DNA of 29,211 bases from a bacterium (GTDB taxonomy: Bacteria > Hinthialibacterota > Hinthialibacteria > Hinthialibacterales > Hinthialibacteraceae). Position 1 is the stretch's first letter; every line of letters begins with the position of its first letter. Under the pieces are notes generated by a model. The model worked only from the letters and a program-made list of their open reading frames with translations, made no database searches and was not told where the DNA came from. Where the stretch lies: NCBI GenBank assembly GCA_041946805.1, contig JBHGBC010000065.1, positions 1 through 29,211 on the forward strand, given 5' to 3'. A program made the position numbers and the translations under genes. Below are positions 27,160-29,211 of the stretch, one piece after another.

Positions 27160-27214
27160 GGATACACCTCCCACCCCGCCGCGCGGGAGGGCAGATGGCT
27201 GTCGAAGACGTAGA
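27152..27214. repeat. 63-bp direct repeat, copy 2 (3' end of gene B1)
   Basis: 62/63 identical to 25865-25927. Confidence 0.95.
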
Positions 27215-28175
27215 GTTGGTTATCTTCACAACCGATATACAGTTTCTGATTATCGGGAGAAAACGCGGCGGATATCATCCTCTTTCCAGTATCGTACCGC
27301 CTCAGAATGATCCCTGTATGAGCTTCCACCAAAGCAGGGAAACCATCTAATTCGGTCACATAATATTGGCTATCCGATGTAAACGCTACGTCCTTGTCGG
27401 CATCCCTCACAAAATGAGTTACGGTATCAAGAAGAAAGACGCGTAAAAACAATCTATATTCTTGGGGGGGCACATCATACGAATCGTCATATTTACCGAT
27501 GTCTTGTGGCCAGATATAACGTTCACCCCGTACCCAAAAAAATTGTTCATCAGGGGAAAATCGAATATCAAACGCATATGAAAACCATCCCCATCTTATA
27601 TCCAACGGTGTATATTTGTCTTCCGGTAATCCCATGGAAGATGCAGTCAGAATCAATGTTCCATCCTTCACGTCCCATAAGGAAGGTATCTCCCAGAAGG
27701 AGGTGATATAATCCGGAGGCGCTGCATTTTCCAGATGGCGAATCCCTCCGATGAATCGGCCCGAAGGCGATAACAACACTTTGTTATGATTATTCCCTCC
27801 GTCCAAAGTAATATTCGAGTCACCGATTTGAATTATTTTTTGAACCGTTTGAATTTTGAGATAATCAGAAAAAAAAGTGCTGTCCTTATGTAGAAAGTTC
27901 GTCTCGGAGGTAAGTAGATTCAATTCGACGGAATCACAATGATCAATAAAATGACCATTTGAATCCCTGTAATAGTATGGAATATATATTTTGAGCAGGT
28001 CTTTCGTATAGAGTCTAAGAAAAAATATTTGACGTGAATATCCCGGATTCCCGGGCCAGTAATCGTCTTCATTGGGTATATCAAGATTAAGAGTGTATGA
28101 TGGCAATGAAACCGGGACCACAAGATGTAAAGAGATGTATATCAAATAAATAATGCCTGATTTCATGAAAAACAT
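27156..28175 (-). CDS. Secreted WD40/beta-propeller-like protein B1 (paralog of B2)
   Basis: AGGAG Shine-Dalgarno; hydrophobic N-terminus; LSPSGRFI, LWDV, IRFSPDEQF, VAFTSDSQY and AAFSPDNQKLYIG; identical tail VFDSHLPSRAAGWEVYP. Confidence 0.85.
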   Translation of the reverse strand: MFFMKSGIIYLIYISLHLVVPVSLPSYTLNLDIPNEDDYWPGNPGYSRQIFFLRLYTKDLLKIYIPYYYRDSNGHFIDHCDSVELNLLTSETNFLHKDSTFFSDYLKIQTVQKIIQIGDSNITLDGGNNHNKVLLSPSGRFIGGIRHLENAAPPDYITSFWEIPSLWDVKDGTLILTASSMGLPEDKYTPLDIRWGWFSYAFDIRFSPDEQFFWVRGERYIWPQDIGKYDDSYDVPPQEYRLFLRVFLLDTVTHFVRDADKDVAFTSDSQYYVTELDGFPALVEAHTGIILRRYDTGKRMISAAFSPDNQKLYIGCEDNQLYVFDSHLPSRAAGWEVYP

Positions 28176-28236
28176 GATAAATCGCTCCTACGGAATTGTC
28201 GTTTTAAAATACATATCCTTCATCGACCTGGTATGT

Positions 28237-29211
28237 TTATTGCGTTGCAAAACGAATGGGCACACGAAAAATGTCTGCATCCAATAAACTATTATTGATA
28301 TTCCGTTTGTCTTTTTGATAATACAACACGTTATTCTCAGTAGTATGTCCGCTATATCCTCCTTCAAGAGGATCCAAACCTATTATGGTTGGATATTCAT
28401 ACGTATAATGATATCCCCCACCCGCATCATCGCCATCCATTTTTACGACAATAAAATCACTCCACTCTAGTAGATTGGCACTGGTATGGATGACAATCGC
28501 TGCAGGCTTTTCAAAATTAGGATCAATCCCTCCTTTGCATACCAATACAACTTGATGAGGATAACTTTTATCTAAAAAAGAATTATAACTTATTTTTGGA
28601 AAAGCCCGCCATAATCGTGCGCGGTCGACTTCCGTCCCCATGAATCCATTATTATCACATTTGTAATTCCATAGTATCGACTCATCGCCTCCCAATCCCG
28701 GTTGACTCCAATTTTGAATATCTGTAGTGGCTGCAACAATTTGCCTGTATTTAACCCAGGGATTATTATTTGCCGAATAATATTGGCTGTCAACAATTGA
28801 ACGTGTAGCGCGAGCGATCGAAATGCCCGCCCTTGTGTGATAATATCCATCAGGAGCGGTATATGTTGCGCTATAGATTATTAAGGCTTGTGTATGATAT
28901 AGCATGTAATAATAATCATCTGTAGCAATGATAGATGGTCCACCAACCCCATATTGGCCAGTTGACATTAATATTTCATCCTCCGCAACTGAATAGGTGA
29001 TTATTGGATTTCCAGAGGTATGATTTAACTTTTGAAAGGAACGGCCAAAATCCGAAGTCCCGGATGTTGAACGTGCATATCCTATGCGTAGATATACACT
29101 ATCATAAATATTTGGTGTAATATCATTTTGTGATTTATCTTCAGTATGAACAAATGCATTCAAAATGGGTGTATTAGGCCATCCACTATACGCGCTTGTA
29201 TAAACCGAAGC
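28237..29211 (-). CDS. Gene A: hypothetical protein, probable beta-propeller (glycoside-hydrolase-like); 5' end lies outside the window
   Basis: Frame is open to the window edge (ASVYTSAYSGWPNTPILNAFVHTED...). Blade-like motifs RIGYARS..DFGRSF, YYYMLYH, GISIARA, TSANLLEWSD and YEYPTIIG. The fold is inferred. Confidence 0.75.
   Translation of the reverse strand, partial: ASVYTSAYSGWPNTPILNAFVHTEDKSQNDITPNIYDSVYLRIGYARSTSGTSDFGRSFQKLNHTSGNPIITYSVAEDEILMSTGQYGVGGPSIIATDDYYYMLYHTQALIIYSATYTAPDGYYHTRAGISIARATRSIVDSQYYSANNNPWVKYRQIVAATTDIQNWSQPGLGGDESILWNYKCDNNGFMGTEVDRARLWRAFPKISYNSFLDKSYPHQVVLVCKGGIDPNFEKPAAIVIHTSANLLEWSDFIVVKMDGDDAGGGYHYTYEYPTIIGLDPLEGGYSGHTTENNVLYYQKDKRNINNSLLDADIFRVPIRFATQ

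Noticed and set aside
25865..27214. Integron gene cassettes with attC sites
   Set aside because: The repeat lies within the coding tail, has no recognisable RYYYAAC/GTTRRRY palindromic boxes, and no integrase is visible in the window.

Overview
Bacterial chromosomal window, GC-rich through most of its length and switching to AT-rich sequence from about 26150 to the end. The gene mix includes Tat-exported Gfo/Idh/MocA paralogs, an 'LTTPIAY...DPF...SxGDI'-type prepilin, an FGE-sulfatase protein with a Pro/Thr linker, and secreted proteins ending in W-E-[VI]-[YH]. This suggests an uncultured lineage such as Hinthialibacteria/OLB16 or Sumerlaeota (inference only). The first 11 kb hold three peroxiredoxins of different subfamilies (Tpx, Prx6, AhpC), a Fur/PerR regulator with a Fur-like box, a Maf/DUF115 protein, DoxX, a MerR regulator and two Gfo/Idh/MocA paralogs. 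The middle holds two tandem secreted 'DCAD' paralogs, a DUF2092-thioredoxin-pilin-head fusion, flgM, an FGE-sulfatase protein, a GT87-like glycosyltransferase, a SagB-type nitroreductase, a third Gfo/Idh/MocA, a prepilin and deoC. Intergenic DNA is rich in two MITE-like families and REP/BoxC-like hairpins. The most striking feature is the AT-rich right end, a minus-strand cassette array: gene A, partner B1, an unannotated orphan C-terminal fragment A', then partner B2. A 1287-bp unit of this array is bounded by a 63-bp near-perfect GC-rich direct repeat encoding the identical B tail. The layout recalls polymorphic toxin/immunity orphan modules but is built from apparent beta-propeller proteins. 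No rRNA, tRNA, CRISPR array or transposase was seen.
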